Positions 40,075 to 54,018 of a DNA stretch of 57,926 bases are shown here, in pieces (the stretch's first letter is position 1; every line of letters starts with the position of its first letter). Under the pieces are notes generated by a model. That model was not told where the DNA came from, did no database searches, and saw only the letters and a list, made by a program, of their open reading frames with translations. The stretch is from Leucoraja erinacea (Eukaryota), in NCBI RefSeq assembly GCF_028641065.1, contig NW_026575267.1, positions 1 through 57,926 of the forward strand, in the 5' to 3' direction. The position numbers and the translations under genes are program-made.

Positions 40075-43000
40075 TGCTTCCCCAGTTGCAGATTTTACAC
40101 CAAAATGTCTCCATGAAGCCAGGAAACAATGTGAGAGTCATGTGTTTTAACTTGTCCAGTGACTTTACCACCATCCGGCCTGCACTGCTAGGCAGCAAAC
40201 TGACGATGATATGGGTGGATGCTCCATTAGTGTCCTGGCTCACCAACTACCTGACTGGATGACCACAATGTCAGGCTACAGAATTGTGTCTCGGACATGA
40301 TAGTGAGCAACACGAGGGGCTCACAGGGGACAGTCCTCTCTCCCTTCCTGTTCAACATCTACACCACGGACTTCAGATATAACTCGGACTCTACAATTGT
40401 GGGCAGCATTAGTGAGGAGAGGGAAGCTGAATACAGAGGTGTTTTCAACAACTTTGTTGGGTGGTGTGGATTGAATCACCCGATTTTCTAGCAAACGGTG
40501 GTAGCCAGTGACAACTTCTTCACTGTTGTGTGTTGGGGCAGCAGGGCGAAGGCCGCAGACGCCAACAGGATTAACAAACTCATCAGGAAGGCTAGCTCCG
40601 ACCTGGGGGCAGAGTTGGATTCATAAGAGGTCGTCTTGGAGGGGAGGATGCTACAAACAAATGTAGGTACCTTGCAGTCAGAAACAGGTGAATTGATCAT
40701 GGGGAACAAGGACATGGCAGACCAATTGAATAACTACTTTGGTTCGATCTTCACTAAGGAAGACATAAATAATCTGCCGGAAATAGCAGGGGACCACGGG
40801 TCAAATGAGATGGAGAGACTGAGTGAAATCCAGGTTAGCCGGGAAGTGGTGTTAGGTAAATTGAATGGATTAAAGGCCGATAAATCCCCAGGGCCAGATA
40901 GGCTGCATCCCAGAGTACTTAAGGAAGTAGCCCTAGAAATAGTGGATGCATTAGTGATAATTTTTCAAAACTCTTTAGATTCTGGAGTAGTTTCTGTGGA
41001 TTGGAGGGTAACCCCACTTTTAAAAAAGGGAGGGAGCAAATGGAAAACGGGGAATTACCAGTTAGTCTAACATCGGTAGTGGGGAAACTGCTAGAGTCAG
41101 TTATTTAAGATGGGAGAGCAGCACATTTGGAAAGTGGTGAAATCATTGGACAAAGTCAGCATGGATTTACGGAAGGTAAATCATGTCTGACGAATCTTTC
41201 GAGGATGTAACTAGTTGAGTGGATAAGGGAGAACCAGTGGATGTGTTATATCTGGACTTTCAAAAGGCTTTCGACAAGGTCCCACATAAGAGAATAGTAT
41301 ACAAACTTAAAGCACACGGTATTGGGAGTTCAGTATTGATGTGGATAGAGAACTGGCTGGCAGACAGGAAGCAAAGAGTAGGAGTAAATGGGTCCTTTTC
41401 AGAATGGAAGGCAGTGACTTGTGGGGTACCGCAAGGCTCAGTGCTGGGAGAATCAGGGGCCACAGTTTGATTAGGTTTAAGATAGTTATGGAGAGGGTCC
41501 AAGTATTAAAATGTTCCACTGGGGTAAGGCCAACTTTGAGGGTATGAGAGAAGGTCTCGCTGAAGTTGACTGGAGCAGGTTGTTAGAGGGGAAAGGAAGA
41601 TCGGCCAAGTGGGATGTTTTTAAAAGTGTACTGAAGAAAGCTCAGGATGTTTACGTCCCCGTTAGAGTGAAGGGCAAAGCAGACAAGTGTAAGGAAGCTT
41701 GGCTGACGAGAGAAATTGAGACCTTAGTCAAAAACAAGAAGGATGCATGGGACAGATATAGGCAGCTGGGATCAAGTGGATCCCTGGAGGAGTTTTGGGA
41801 ACTAAGGAACTAAAAAAAAAATCAGAAATGCAAAAATAGGCCAGGAGATGGCTCTGGTGGTTAGCATTAAGGACAATCCCAAAAGATTTTATAAATACAT
41901 AAGGGGGAAAAGGGTAACTAGAGGGAGAGCGAGACCCTGGGAATAAAAGTGGTCACCTCTGTGTGGAACCACAGGAAATGGGCAAGGTCCTAAAAGAGTA
42001 TTTCTTCTCTGTATTTACCGAGGAGAAAGACAGTAGGACGGAGGAAATTGGAGCAGGCACTGGAAGTGTCTAGAGCAGTCAGGGTTACTGTCGAAGAAGT
42101 ACCGAAAATAAGGGGAGTGTTTGAAGGTAGACATTTCTCCATGGCCTGATCTGATATATCCAAGGACATTGAGGGAAACTAGAGAGGAAATTGCGGGAGC
42201 CCTGGTTGAAACTTACGAGTCGTCCTTACATACAGGACAGGTGCCATAAGACCAGAGTGTGGAAAAATGTTGTACCTCTTTTCAAGAAAAGGCTGCAGGG
42301 AAAATGCTGGGAACTATAGGCCAGAGAGCTGAACATCTGTAGTTGCTACGTTACTGAAGAATATTCTGAGGGATAGGATATACAGGCATTTGGATGCGCA
42401 GGGGCTGATTAGGGATAGTAGGCATGGTTTGTATCTGGGAGGTTATGTTTTTCCTATCCATAACTATCTTAAACCTAATCAAACTGTGGTCACTGGTCCC
42501 AACAGGCTACTTCACACACAGTTCATTAACTTGCCCGTCCCAGTTTTCCCTATTTCGCAATACTAGGTCCAGCGTTGTCCTCCCACAATAGCCAATAGGT
42601 GCAGGAGTAAGGCATTCGGCACTTCAGGCCAGCACATTCACTGTGATCATGGCTGATCATCCACAATCAGCACCCCTTTCCTGCTTTCTCCCCATATCCT
42701 TTGACTCAGCTATCTTTCGGAGCTCTCTCTTAAAAGCATCCAGAGAATTGGCCTCCACTGCCTTCTGAGGTAGAAAATTCCACAGATTCACAACTTTCTG
42801 GCTGAAAATGTTATTCCTCATCTCCGCTTTAAGTGGCCTACCCCTTATTTTTAAACTTCCATTCTTTCAACATATGACAGTCCCGCCATCCCGGGAACTA
42901 ACCATATGAACCTACGCTGCACTCCCTCAATTGCAAGAATGTCCTTCCTCAAATTTGGGGACCAAAACTGCACACAATACTCCAGGTGTGGTCTCCCTAG

Positions 43001-44760
43001 GGCCCTGTACAACTGTAGAAGGACCTCTTTGCTCCTATACTCAACTCCTCTTGTTATGAAGGCCATTAGCCTTCTTCACTGCCTGCTGTACCTGCATGCT
43101 TACTTTCAGTGACCGCTGAATAAGGACACTCAGATCTCGGTGTAATTCCCCTTTTCCTAACTTGACATCATTCAGATAATAATCTGCCTTCCTATTCTTG
43201 CCACCAAAGTGGATAACCTCACATATATCCACATTAAACTGCATCTGCCATGCATCCGCCCTCACCCAACCTGCATCCTCATAGCACCCTCCCCTCAGTT
43301 CACACTGCCACCCAGCTTTGTGTCATCTGCTAATTTGCTAATGTTACTTTTAATCCCTTCATCTACTAAATCATTAATGTATATTGTAAATAGCTGTGGT
43401 CCCAGCACCGAGCCTTGTGGTACCCCACTAGTCACTGCCTGCCATTCTGAAAAGGCCACTACATCCACTGTCTCTCCCTTGTCCATTTTCCTAGTTACAA
43501 CCTCAAAAATGTCCAGAAGATTAGTCAAGCATGATTTCCCCTTCGTAAATCCATGCTGATTCAGACCGATCCTGTTACTACTCTCCAAAAGTGCCTCTAT
43601 GTCATAATTTATAATTGACTCCAGCTTCTTCCCCACCATCGATGTCAGGCTAACTGGTCTATAATTCCCTGATTTCTCTCTCCCTCCTTTCGTCCAAAGT
43701 GGGATAACATTAGCTACCCTCCAATCCACAGGAACTGATCCTGAATCTATAGAACATTTGAAAATTGATCACCAATGTGTCCACGGTCCCTGGGATGCAG
43801 ACCATCAGGCCCTGGGGATTTATCAGCCTTCAGTCCCATCAGTCTACCCAACACCATTTACTGCCCAATGTGAATTTCCTTCATTTCGTCCATCACCCTA
43901 GGTCCTCTGGCCACCAGTACATCTGGGAAATTGTTGTGCCTTCCTTAGTGAAGTACCATGTTCAACTCATCTGCCATTTCCCTGTTCTCCAGTATAAATT
44001 CACCTGTTTCTATCTTCAAGGGACCCACAGATGTCTTAACTAATTGTTTCCTCCTCACATACCTAAAGATGCTTTTACTACAGTTTTTTTAATATTCCTG
44101 GCGAGCTTACCTTCGTATCTCATCTTTTCTCCCCGTATTGCTTTTTAGTTATCTTCTGTTGCTCTTTAAACATTACCCAATACTCTTGCTTCCCGCTCAT
44201 CTTTGCTACATTGTACTCCTTCTCTTTTATATTTATACTGTCCTTGACTTCCTTTGTCAGCCACGGTCACCTCTTATTCCCCTCAGATTCTTGTTATTGT
44301 CTCACTGAAAAGGAAACGGCTTTGAACTCAGCTTGAAGCCAAACGTATGCCCAGTCCGAGTGAGGTTCAGCCCGGTCATACATAGAAACATAGAAAATAG
44401 GTGCAGGAGTAGGCCATTCGGCCCTTCGAGCCTGCACTGCCATTCAATATGATCATGGCTGATCATCCAACTAAGTATCCTGTACCTGCCTTCTCTCCAT
44501 ACCCCCTGATCCCTTTAGCCACAAGGGCCACATCTAACTCCCTCTTAAATATAGCCAATGAACTGGCCTCAACTACCTTCTGTGGCAGAGAATTCCAGAG
44601 ATTCACCACTCTCTGTGTGAATTTTTTTTTCTCCTCTCGGTCCTAAAAGATTTCCCCCTTATCCTTAAACGGTGACCCCTTGTTTTGGACTTCCCCAACA
44701 TCGGGAACAATCTTACTGCATCTAGCCTGTCCAACCCCTTAAGAATTTTGTAAGTTTCTA
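40075..44760. mobile_element. Mosaic of Rex/Babar (40075-40650) and CR1 fragments in both orientations
   Basis: QGTVLSPFLF, KSPGPD, DFQKAFDKV, RPHLEYCVQFWSP fragments. Confidence 0.85.
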
Positions 44761-44768
44761 TAAAATCA

Positions 44769-47298
44769 TCTATCTATCTATATCTATCTATATATATATA
44801 TAAGTCTGTGGCTGCGGCCTGCCGTCCGGCTGCCAGCTGCCTTTCTTCCTTTTGATTCGCTGCTCCTTCCTGTCAGCTTCAAACACACTTCGAAACAAAG
44901 TTGCAAGACAGGAACACTGAACTTTTCACTTGTGCAGCAGGCAGGGGAGGTGCGATTGAGGGAGGCAGGGGAGTGCTGGAAACTTACATTTGGCAATGGC
45001 TTCAGTTCCATTGGAGGAGACGGGTGCATGGTGGAATATTGGGTTGGGGGAATCACACCATTGGGGGAGCAGACCCAACGGGTCTGCACTTGGTCTAGTA
45101 TATCTATAAAACTCTGGGGCTATCCGTCCGGCTGCCGTCCGGATCCCTTTCTGCCTTTTGATTCGTGCCCGATACTCGCAGATGTCCAATCGGAATGGCC
45201 GATGCTCGCAGATGTCCAATCGGAATGGATTAATTTGCATGTACGGCTGCCGGCTGCATTTCTTCCTTTGATTCATTGCCACGCCCAATCCACACGCTCA
45301 ATCTCCGAGATCTTTTCCATTTCGGTAGAGATTTCGCTTTTCTTTCTAAGTATCCGCTCTTCATTACATTTCGTCGTGTAGAAGTACACGTTTTTAATCA
45401 AATCCTTCTTCCCCCCCCCACCCCCAAGTATTTCAAAAATAAACTGGCTTCTCCATTTACATGTCAGCTTCCAACACACTTCGAAACAAAGTTGCAAGAC
45501 AGGAACACTCTGAACTTTTCACTGCTGCAGCAGGCAGGGAAGGTGCCATTGGATTTTTTTTTTTAATCCACTGCTGAGGGAGGCAGGGCAGTGCTGGAAT
45601 CTTACTTTTGAGAACGGCTTCAGTTCCATTGGAGGAGACGGGTGCATGGTGGAATATTGGGTTGGGGGATCACACCATTGGGGGAGCAGACCCAACGGGT
45701 CTGTACTTGGTCTAGTATATATATAAAACTCTCGTCCCATCCAACCGCCTGCCGTCCGGCGCCCTTCCTGCCTTTCGATTTGTTCCCGCCGTGCGATGTC
45801 ACAATGCCCGATGCTCGCAGACGTCCAATCGCGATGCCCGACGCTCGCAGACGTCCAATCGGAATGGATCCATTTACATGTATGGCTTCCGGCCGCATTT
45901 CTTCCTTTGATTCCCTGCAACTCCGAAACCAGACGCAGAATCGCCGACATCTTTTCCATTTCGGTAGAGATTTCACTTTTCTTTCTAAGTATCCGCTCCT
46001 CATTACATTTTGTCCTGTTTAAGTACACGTTTTTAATCAAATCCTTCCCCCCCCCCCCCCTCCCAATATTTCAAAAATAAACTGTCTTCTCACCCATAGA
46101 AGCAGCACCAGCCCCAGCCCCTGGTGAACGTTCCAATGTGTGATGTCACAATGCCCAATGTTCACATATGTCCAATCGGAATGGATTAATTTACATATGC
46201 CTTTGCAGGAGCACAAGCACTTGGTGAACGTTCCATCGTGTGATGTCACAATGCCCAATGCTCAAATACATTGTTGTCATAGAGGGAGTACAGAGAAGGT
46301 TCACCAGACTGATTCCTGGAATGTCAGGACTTTCATATGAAGAAAGACTGGATAGACTCGGCTTGTACTCGCTAGAATTTAGAAGATTTAGGGCAGAACT
46401 TATAGAAATGTACAAGATTCTTAAGGGGTTGGACAGGCTATATGCAGGAAGATTGTTCCAGATGTTGGTGAAGTCCAGAACAAGGGGTCACAGTTTAAAG
46501 ATAAGGGGGAAATCCTTTAGGACAGAGATGAGAATTTTTTTTTGCACACAGAGAGTGGTGAATCTCTGGAATTCTCTGCCACAGAAGGTAGTTGAGGCCA
46601 GTTCATTGGCTATATTTAAGTGGGAGTTAGATGTGTCCCTTGTGGCTAAAGGGATCGGGGGTATGGAGAGAAGGCAGGTACAGGATACTGAGTTGGATGA
46701 TCAGCCATGATCATATTGAATGGTGGTGCAGGCTCGAAGGGCCGAATGGCCTACTACTGCACTTAATTTCTATGTTTCCCTCTCCTCACCCCTCTCCCTC
46801 TCCTCACCCCTCTCCTCTCCCACCCATCCTTCTCTCCCCCACCACCCTTCCCTCTCTACCCCACCCCCTTCCGTCTCTCCACCCGCCCCTTCCTCCTACC
46901 CCTCTGTCCCTCTTCCATCACTCCCCCTACCCCACTCCTCCTCCCTCCCCACTCTTCCACGTCTCCCCCTTTCCCCCTTCACTCTCCCTCCCCACTCTTT
47001 CCCTCTCTCCCCCACCCCTCTCCCCCTCCCTCCCTCCTCCCCTCCCTCCCCATCCCGCCCCTCCCCCACATCTCTCTCCCCATCCCCCTCTCTCACCCCC
47101 TACCCGCGCTCTCCTTTCCCTCCCAAATCTGTCCCATTCCTCCTCCTCCTCCTCTCCCCTCCCTCCCCTCTTCTCACCCCCCCCCCCCTCCCCCACCTGT
47201 GAGTTTGGGGGGTGGTTAATTTGAGTGTGATGCCGCAGCCCCCCCCGCCCGGAAATGCCGTTAGGGAAACAGACCCAACGGGTCTGCACTTGGTCTAG
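44769..47298 (+). mobile_element. Three tandem non-autonomous Helitron-like units (44769-45098, 45099-45715, 45716-47298), the last with a CR1 fragment and a C-rich tract
   Basis: A/TC 5' start; each ends with CAGACCC-AAC-GGGTCTG hairpin, short spacer, CTAG/T (45095-98, 45712-15, 47295-98). Confidence 0.8.
46778..47197 (+). repeat. Low-complexity polypyrimidine (C/T) tract
   Basis: ~420 bp almost only C and T. Confidence 0.9.
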
Positions 47299-47404
47299 TT
47301 ATCATTAAAACTCTGAACATAATATTCAATAATTATCAAGAAAGCTCATCAGCGCCTCTACTTCCTGAGAAGATTACGGAGAGTCGGTTTGTCAAGGAAG
47401 ACTC

Positions 47405-47606
47405 TGTAAATGAGACATTACACACGTGTAACCTCTAGATAGTCTTCAATATACATTCAGACTTAACAACATATTAGTAGTCACTGACTGCAACCTGCTA
47501 CTGAACTGTGTAGCGGGAGAAGTTGGTGTTAGTATAAATGATACTGTAGGCGGGATTAGTGATGCTGAGATATATATGATTGGTTGCATTCATAAACCAA
47601 TCTACA
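47405..47606 (-). mobile_element. Gypsy 3' LTR with adjacent polypurine tract
   Basis: TG...CA termini; TCCTTCCCCTT at 47607-47617 is the PPT on minus; inserted into a Rex/Babar fragment. Confidence 0.8.
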
Positions 47607-47685
47607 TCCTTCCCCTTAGAAGATTGAGTATGGTGGGTACTCGTGCCATTAAAATTAAACAAAATCACCATATCTAACAGGCGGT

Positions 47686-50600
47686 CTACTCACACGGCCC
47701 GAACACGTACGGACCAAATCCTCCCCCCCCTTCATCGGAAAGATTAGAGGGCTGCGACAGACCCGGAGGCGAGAAGGCCGTGGAGGGGGCTGGAGGCGAC
47801 GGAGGGGATAAACAAACAGGAGGGGTTAATCTGCGGTAAGCCACAGCCGCGTCACGCAGAGGAGAACGGAACATGCGAGGGGTGGGGGGCATGCTGGGGC
47901 TGGTAACTGGATCTGCAGCAGACGGCTGGAACAGAAGTGGTGGAGCGTAGGGTCCTGCTGGCGGCGGACAGGGTTCCTGCACAGCCAACAGATGTTGATG
48001 ACTTCTGCGGTAAACTGTCCCCTCATAGTCCACAAGGTAAGATCGAGGCGCGTCAGCTGTGCCAACCACGGTGGCCAGGCGGGAATATCCACTCGCAGTT
48101 TGTAGACGAACAACCTGTCCCGGCAGCAGAGGCATGAGGGGTTTGCATGATTTGTCGTGTGACCGTTTCTGAATATCGTGCTTCTCCTGAATGGGCGTTT
48201 GGATGGAGGCAGGCTCCAGCACACGAGGTATCAGCTTGTGCTGAGCAATCGGAATCGGTGTTCGTGTCGTTCTGGACATAAGCCGCTGGGCTGGTGATCC
48301 CAGGGTTTCGGCTCTGGCTATGTTCCTGAGGTTCAGGAGATCTAGGTAAAAGTCTGAATTTGCCAGGCGCGCTTGCTCCATCAGTTGTTTAGCGCTCCTG
48401 ACAGCCCGTTCAGCAAGTCCGTTACTCTGCGGGTACTCAGGGCTGCTCGTAACGTGGTGGAAGTTCCATCGGTTGACAAAGATCTTAAACTCGTGGCTGG
48501 TAAACTGTCTGCCGTTGTCGGTCTGCAGACGGACAGGTGAACCGAATGTGGAAAAGTGTTTCCGCAGCTTGCGGATGACCATTTCAGACGTGAGGGAGGT
48601 CAGGAGGTCTACTTCAAACCAGTTTGAGAACGAGTCTGCAAGGACGAGGTAGTGCTTACCGTGCCACTCGAAAATGTCAGCTGCCACCGAAGTCTAGGCC
48701 AGGGCTGGTGCAGGCTGTAGCAGTAGGGGCTGCCTCTGCTGGTGGGGTGCGAGACTGTTGCAGGTGGGGCAAGACGAAACACGGTCCCGTATGTATTTGG
48801 CCATCCCCGGCCAGTAGAACTGGCTCTGTGCGTGGGCGAGTGTAGCATCAACTCCCGGGTGACCGCTGTGTGCCGCACAGTAGTATTTGTCGTACAACGA
48901 TGAAGGGATCACGACTTTGTGGCCCTTGACTATAACACCGTCCTGTATGACCAGTTTGTCGCGGACTAGGAAGAACAGCTGTGTTTCTGCTGGAGTGCTA
49001 GTGCGCTTGTCTGGCCAACCACCTTTAATCACAGATGACAGTCTTTGGAGAGTGGGGTCGGCAGCAGTATGTTTGGCTAGGCAATGTAGCAGTTTAGTGG
49101 GAACGGAGTCAACGCCGAGTACTAGAAGGTCTTCCCGTTCATAGCGGTGGCGGTCACAGGATGCTCGACGTGCACGGGAGAGAGGGTGTCGGCAACATGC
49201 ATGTCAGTACCTTTTTTATAAACGAGGGTGAAGTCAAAACGTTGGAGCTGCATCATCATGCGTTGCAGTCGAGCAGGTGTGGCGTGGATGGGTTTGTTCA
49301 AGATCGTCACCAGCGGCTGGTGGTCTGTTTCGACCCTGAAAGTGTTCCCAAAGATAAAGTCCTTGAACTTAGAGTAGGCGAAAACGACAGCAAGTAGCTC
49401 TTTCTCGATCTGCACGTAGCGTTGTTCCGTGTCGGTCATGGTACGGGAGGCATAGGAAACAGGAAGCAGGGAACCATCGGCAGAAGGCTGTAGACAGGCT
49501 GCATCGAGCCCGAATCGCGAGGCATCACAGGTGACAGTTACAGGGTGTTTCAGATCGAAAAATGTCAGAGTTGGAGCACTGGTCAGCTTGGACTTTAAAG
49601 CATCGAAAGCCTGTTGGTGCTGCGGGAACCAGGACCAAGCGGTGTCCTTTCTAGTCAGTTGTCGCAGGGGTGAGCTCAATTCGCTGATGTTGGTATAAAT
49701 TTTCCAAGATAGTTCACCATACCCAGGAAACTCTGCAGGCCGAGCACGTGAGAGGGGGCCTGCATCTCAGTGATGGCAGCAGCTTTCTGTGGATCAGGCT
49801 TGAGTCTGGCGGGGGTGAATATGTGACCAACGTAGGTGACCTCGGAGACCTGGAACTTGCACTTATTGGGGTTGAGCTCGAGGTTGATCTGGCATGCCCG
49901 TTCCAGGACGCACCGTAGGTTTTGGTCATGCTCTATCGCGTCTTTGCCGTAGACCAGGATATCGTCAACAGTGAAAGTGCACGGTAGGCCAGCGAACAGC
50001 TGCTCCATGGTCCTCTGAAACACTTCACTGGCAGAGTTGATGCCGAATTGCATTCGCAGAAACTTAAATCTGCTAAACGGTGTTGAAAACGTGGTGAGGT
50101 CTGATGACTCTTTTGTATCTGCCAGAACGAGCTCTTCGCATCGAGGACAGAGAAGACGGTGGCCTGTCCAACCTGTGCTGCAACATCCTCAACTGTCCTC
50201 ATGGGATAGTGGGGGCGCCTGATGGCAAGGATCAAGTATTTCGGGTTGATGCACACACAAATTTCATTCTTGTCCTTTTTTAATGTGGCAACCATGGTAG
50301 ACACCCACTCGGTGGGCTCACTGATCGCTTCTAGCACACCCATGGAGACCATGTTGTCTAGCATAACTCAACTTTGTCCTTCATGGCATGCGACACATGG
50401 TGTGGTGCACCAATAACGGACGCTACCTTCGGGTCGGTAGATATTTTGTAGGTGACGGGTAGCTTGCCCAGTTTGTCATCAAACAGGTCAGGTTATTCCT
50501 TTATTGGGTCCATCGATAGCAGCAATTTGTGGATAGTTTTGTCGAACGACACCAGTCCCAGATCCTGGCACGCCTGGTTGCCCAGCATAGTCACAGAGTT

Positions 50601-51063
50601 AGAGTTCAAGACGTAGAAGGTCAAAGCGCGCGTTGTCTTTTTCAGCACGCAAGTGAAAGTTGCTCTTCCCAGCGGTATCAGCACCTCATCCCCATAGGTA
50701 TGCAGAGTGGAGCGGTCTGCAATCAGGAGCTCATTATTCCTTATCTTGCTGAAAAGGCTTATTGACATTACGTTCACTTTCGCCCCCGTGTCGAACTTAG
50801 CATGAAAGTCGAAGTTGTTGACAGTTATCAGAACAGTTGGATCGGGTAGCCGGACAGGTGCATGAAGGAGTGAGTACACACTTGCCTCCCCTTGCGAATT
50901 AATTGGATCGGCATCATGGGCAACGCCGAGCAAGGACGGGGAGCCATATTTGTTATCGACCTGCATCAGCATGTTTAGGTTAGGTCTGGAACCTGGAGGA
51001 ACTTTCCCACGAGAACGACAGGCAGCAGAGAAATGGTTCATTTTCTTACAATAGTTACAGGCC
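47686..51063 (-). mobile_element. Gypsy/Ty3 pol pseudogene (zinc knuckle, protease, RT, RNase H, integrase)
   Basis: CNYCKKMNHFSAAC, FDTGAKVN, VDDILVYG, CDASRFG/TDHQPL, HSGHPG..CPTC, TDNGRQF, SNGLAERAV. Confidence 0.95.
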
Positions 51064-53928
51064 TGGGATGTCAGGGCTTTTATATGAAGAAAGACTGGAT
51101 AGACTCGGCTTGTATTCGCTAGAATTGAGAAGATTAGTTCAAGTTCAAGTGAGTTTTTTTGTCATGTGTCCCTGATAGGACAATGAAATTCTTGCTTTGC
51201 TTCAGCACAACAGAACATAGTAGGCATTGATTACAAAACACATGAATAAATATACTGATGAAGTGCAAATAGCAGATAATAGTAAGATTAAACGAGAACT
51301 TACCAGTTCGAAGTTTGATCTGTATTTTATGAGGAGTAACGTTGAGGGAATACATGAAGAGCCCACCAGTACGCATGCGTGTCATTCTTCAAAGCAGCGG
51401 AGTGAATCACAGATACCTGTAATGACTTAAGCATAGTAAGATTAGAGAAAAGATACCAGTCGTGTTTATGATCAAGGGTGGGAGCGGAGGACATGTATTC
51501 CCTCAACGTTACTCCTCATAAAATACAGATCAAACTTCGAACTGGTAAGTTCTCGTTTAATCTTACTATTTTACTTCGGAGTCACGTGAGTGACTACATA
51601 AAGATTTCAAAGCTCTGTGATTCAAGCCGTGGAACGAGTCCATCATCACGTCTGCCTTGGTTTTGGGGAGAATAGTGATAACATATTAAACATCAATATG
51701 ATATATATAAATAACCATAAAGTTAATAATAATTGATAGCCCCTGTTTTTTGGAGTAAATTATGGTACAGAAACTTAACAATGTTTCTGAAAAATTCCAG
51801 TTTCCGTTACTGGTTAGTTATAATCTTTAGAATGTTCTTTCCGATGGCCATTCTGCAGTCCTGAGGATTTTATCCATAGGAACCTCCAATTTAAATGCTG
51901 CCGACGTTGCTGCAGCCTGGTGGAGTGAGATTTTAACCCAGTTAGTGTTTACACCAACTTTGGTCAATACTATGTTAGCCATTTAGCTGGCCTGGCCTGT
52001 TATTCTTTAATGAGGCTGTCTGTAGTTGATGAGAAGTTCCTCTTCTGTGCCACTGATGGTCTTGGTTTGTTCCATGTATATTTGTAGATGTCTCACAACA
52101 CAGTCAATCATCTGTAGGGTAGGCTCTAAAAATGTTATTTTAAGGCCCGCTGACCCCTGTCTGTTTAGTTCCCTAATTCCTGAATATAGAAGTGTAAGTT
52201 GCCAGGTGAACTGGTCTAGTTATCCAGCCTTAATTTGGTAGGGACTGAGTCCTTAGTGCCGTGACCTAAGCCATCAGCATGACAGTTTTGTAAAATGTCA
52301 AAAAGCTGTAATGACAGCGCTGTGGCTGGAGCCCAGTTCTTTAACAACGTTAAGACGATGCTGATGTCCCATATTTGGGAATACCCGGTCTTTGGGGAAT
52401 TCCCATAAAAGTGTCCCCCATAAGCTGTTGTTCCGTTCTCTTGCCATAGGTAAGTAGATGGGCCACTTCTGGTACAGTTGATGTCACTAATACTAAGCCC
52501 CTGTAGGTTAACAAAGCTGCCAAACAGGCTGGATGATGTATTATGGTTGCAACACATCTCCCATTAGTTTATGTATTTTAGACATTGTCTTTAGGTTGAT
52601 TGTCTGTGGGCCGCTGTGATCATGTCCATTGCTCTGGCCGTCAGTCCCAGATGTAATAGCGGCGCTTTCAGACTCTATAATTTAAGCGATTTATATGTTC
52701 ATGGCACGGGTGGTTTTCCCCATACTTCATCGTCTGTTTAGGATGGTGCTGCATGGTTCTAATCTCATTCCCAGTACCACCGAGAACCATGGTTGGGTAG
52801 GTCAGTCGGGTACTATTAAAACACCAGACGCAGAGTCTCGTAGTATTTCCCTTAGTACCCCCCCGATGAGGTTGCCAAATTGTGTTGGCCAGATTGTTAC
52901 ATGATGTAGATTCCCTTTCACCCATGTGGTTGATATGTGCTACCACAGTAGTGTTGTTAATTTATAATCTAATAACCTGTTTAATATATTCCAGAGCAAC
53001 ATGACTTTAGGCCATGAAAAAACACCCAACATTTCCAGGTAGTTATGCCCAGTGTTAGTAATAATGATGCTTCCTGTGTATTCCATCTTCCTCCACAGCT
53101 GGAGATGGAATTGGTAACACACCATCCTAGTGCATAGCATCCATATGTAGGACCATAGACTGGTAGCTGACAATGATAGGATTGGAGCAATGCCCAATGT
53201 TATCTTTCCACCATTTAGTTCCAATATGGCTTCTGTATGGCTTCATCATTCTATCGAAATGATCACCATTAATTTTAAGAGCTCATATTTTGGCCCTCTG
53301 TAAATCTTTATAATGTAAGGGTCTGAATTATGTGGCTGGAAACCATATGTTGCCAAAATTCTTGCTACCAGTCTGATGGATGGTTTATCCTCATGTCAAT
53401 GATTTTGCTGTATGCTTCTATTAAGGTTGTAACCTCTGTTGGCAAAGTTACTGACATGAGGAACTGAGTTAATGGTGAACCCCAAATAATCCCTTTAGTT
53501 TGAAGGCTTTAATTTTGATTTAATTGGATGGATAATGAATCCTAGTTTCCAAATAATTGTTAAGTGGCTGTTACCGTTTGTTCAGCCCGTCCTAAGTTTC
53601 CGCACAATTAGTACGTCATCCAAAGAAACCATTACCATTGTGTGGCTGGTTGTTATATTTTGTAAATAACCTAGGTGCTAATGTAAACACATTAGGTAGT
53701 GCTCTATACTGCTAGAGCTGAGCCATCCAATTAGATAAAAAATAACGTCCGTGGTCACCTGTTATGGGTACTGAAAATAGTAAGCATCCTTTGAATCAAT
53801 GCTTGCCATTTTCGTTCTTAAAACGAATATACTTAACAATAGAAAAGGTTTCCGTTCTTAAAACGAATATATCGTATTATTTATCTTTTATTTTTTATTT
53901 ATTTGTTTATTTATTTATTTAAAAAAAA

Positions 53929-54018
53929 ATTAATATATGGTCCCTAGATAAGGGACATATCAGATATTTAAACTGATAAGAACAGATATTATACTTGATC
54001 TTGGCCAAAAAGCCGAGA
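53929..54018 (-). pseudogene. RNU2: U2 snRNA 5' fragment (retrocopy) with A-rich tail, inside DIRS-2
   Basis: Minus strand TCTCGGCTTTTTGGCCAAGATCAAGTATAATATCTGTTCTTATCAGTTTAAATATCTGATATGTCCC... matches the first ~95 nt of U2; no Sm site or 3' half; (AAAT)n follows. Confidence 0.9.

Noticed and set aside
46631-47289. Pro/Ser-rich and Gly/Glu-rich ORFs
   Set aside because: Arise from a low-complexity C/T tract
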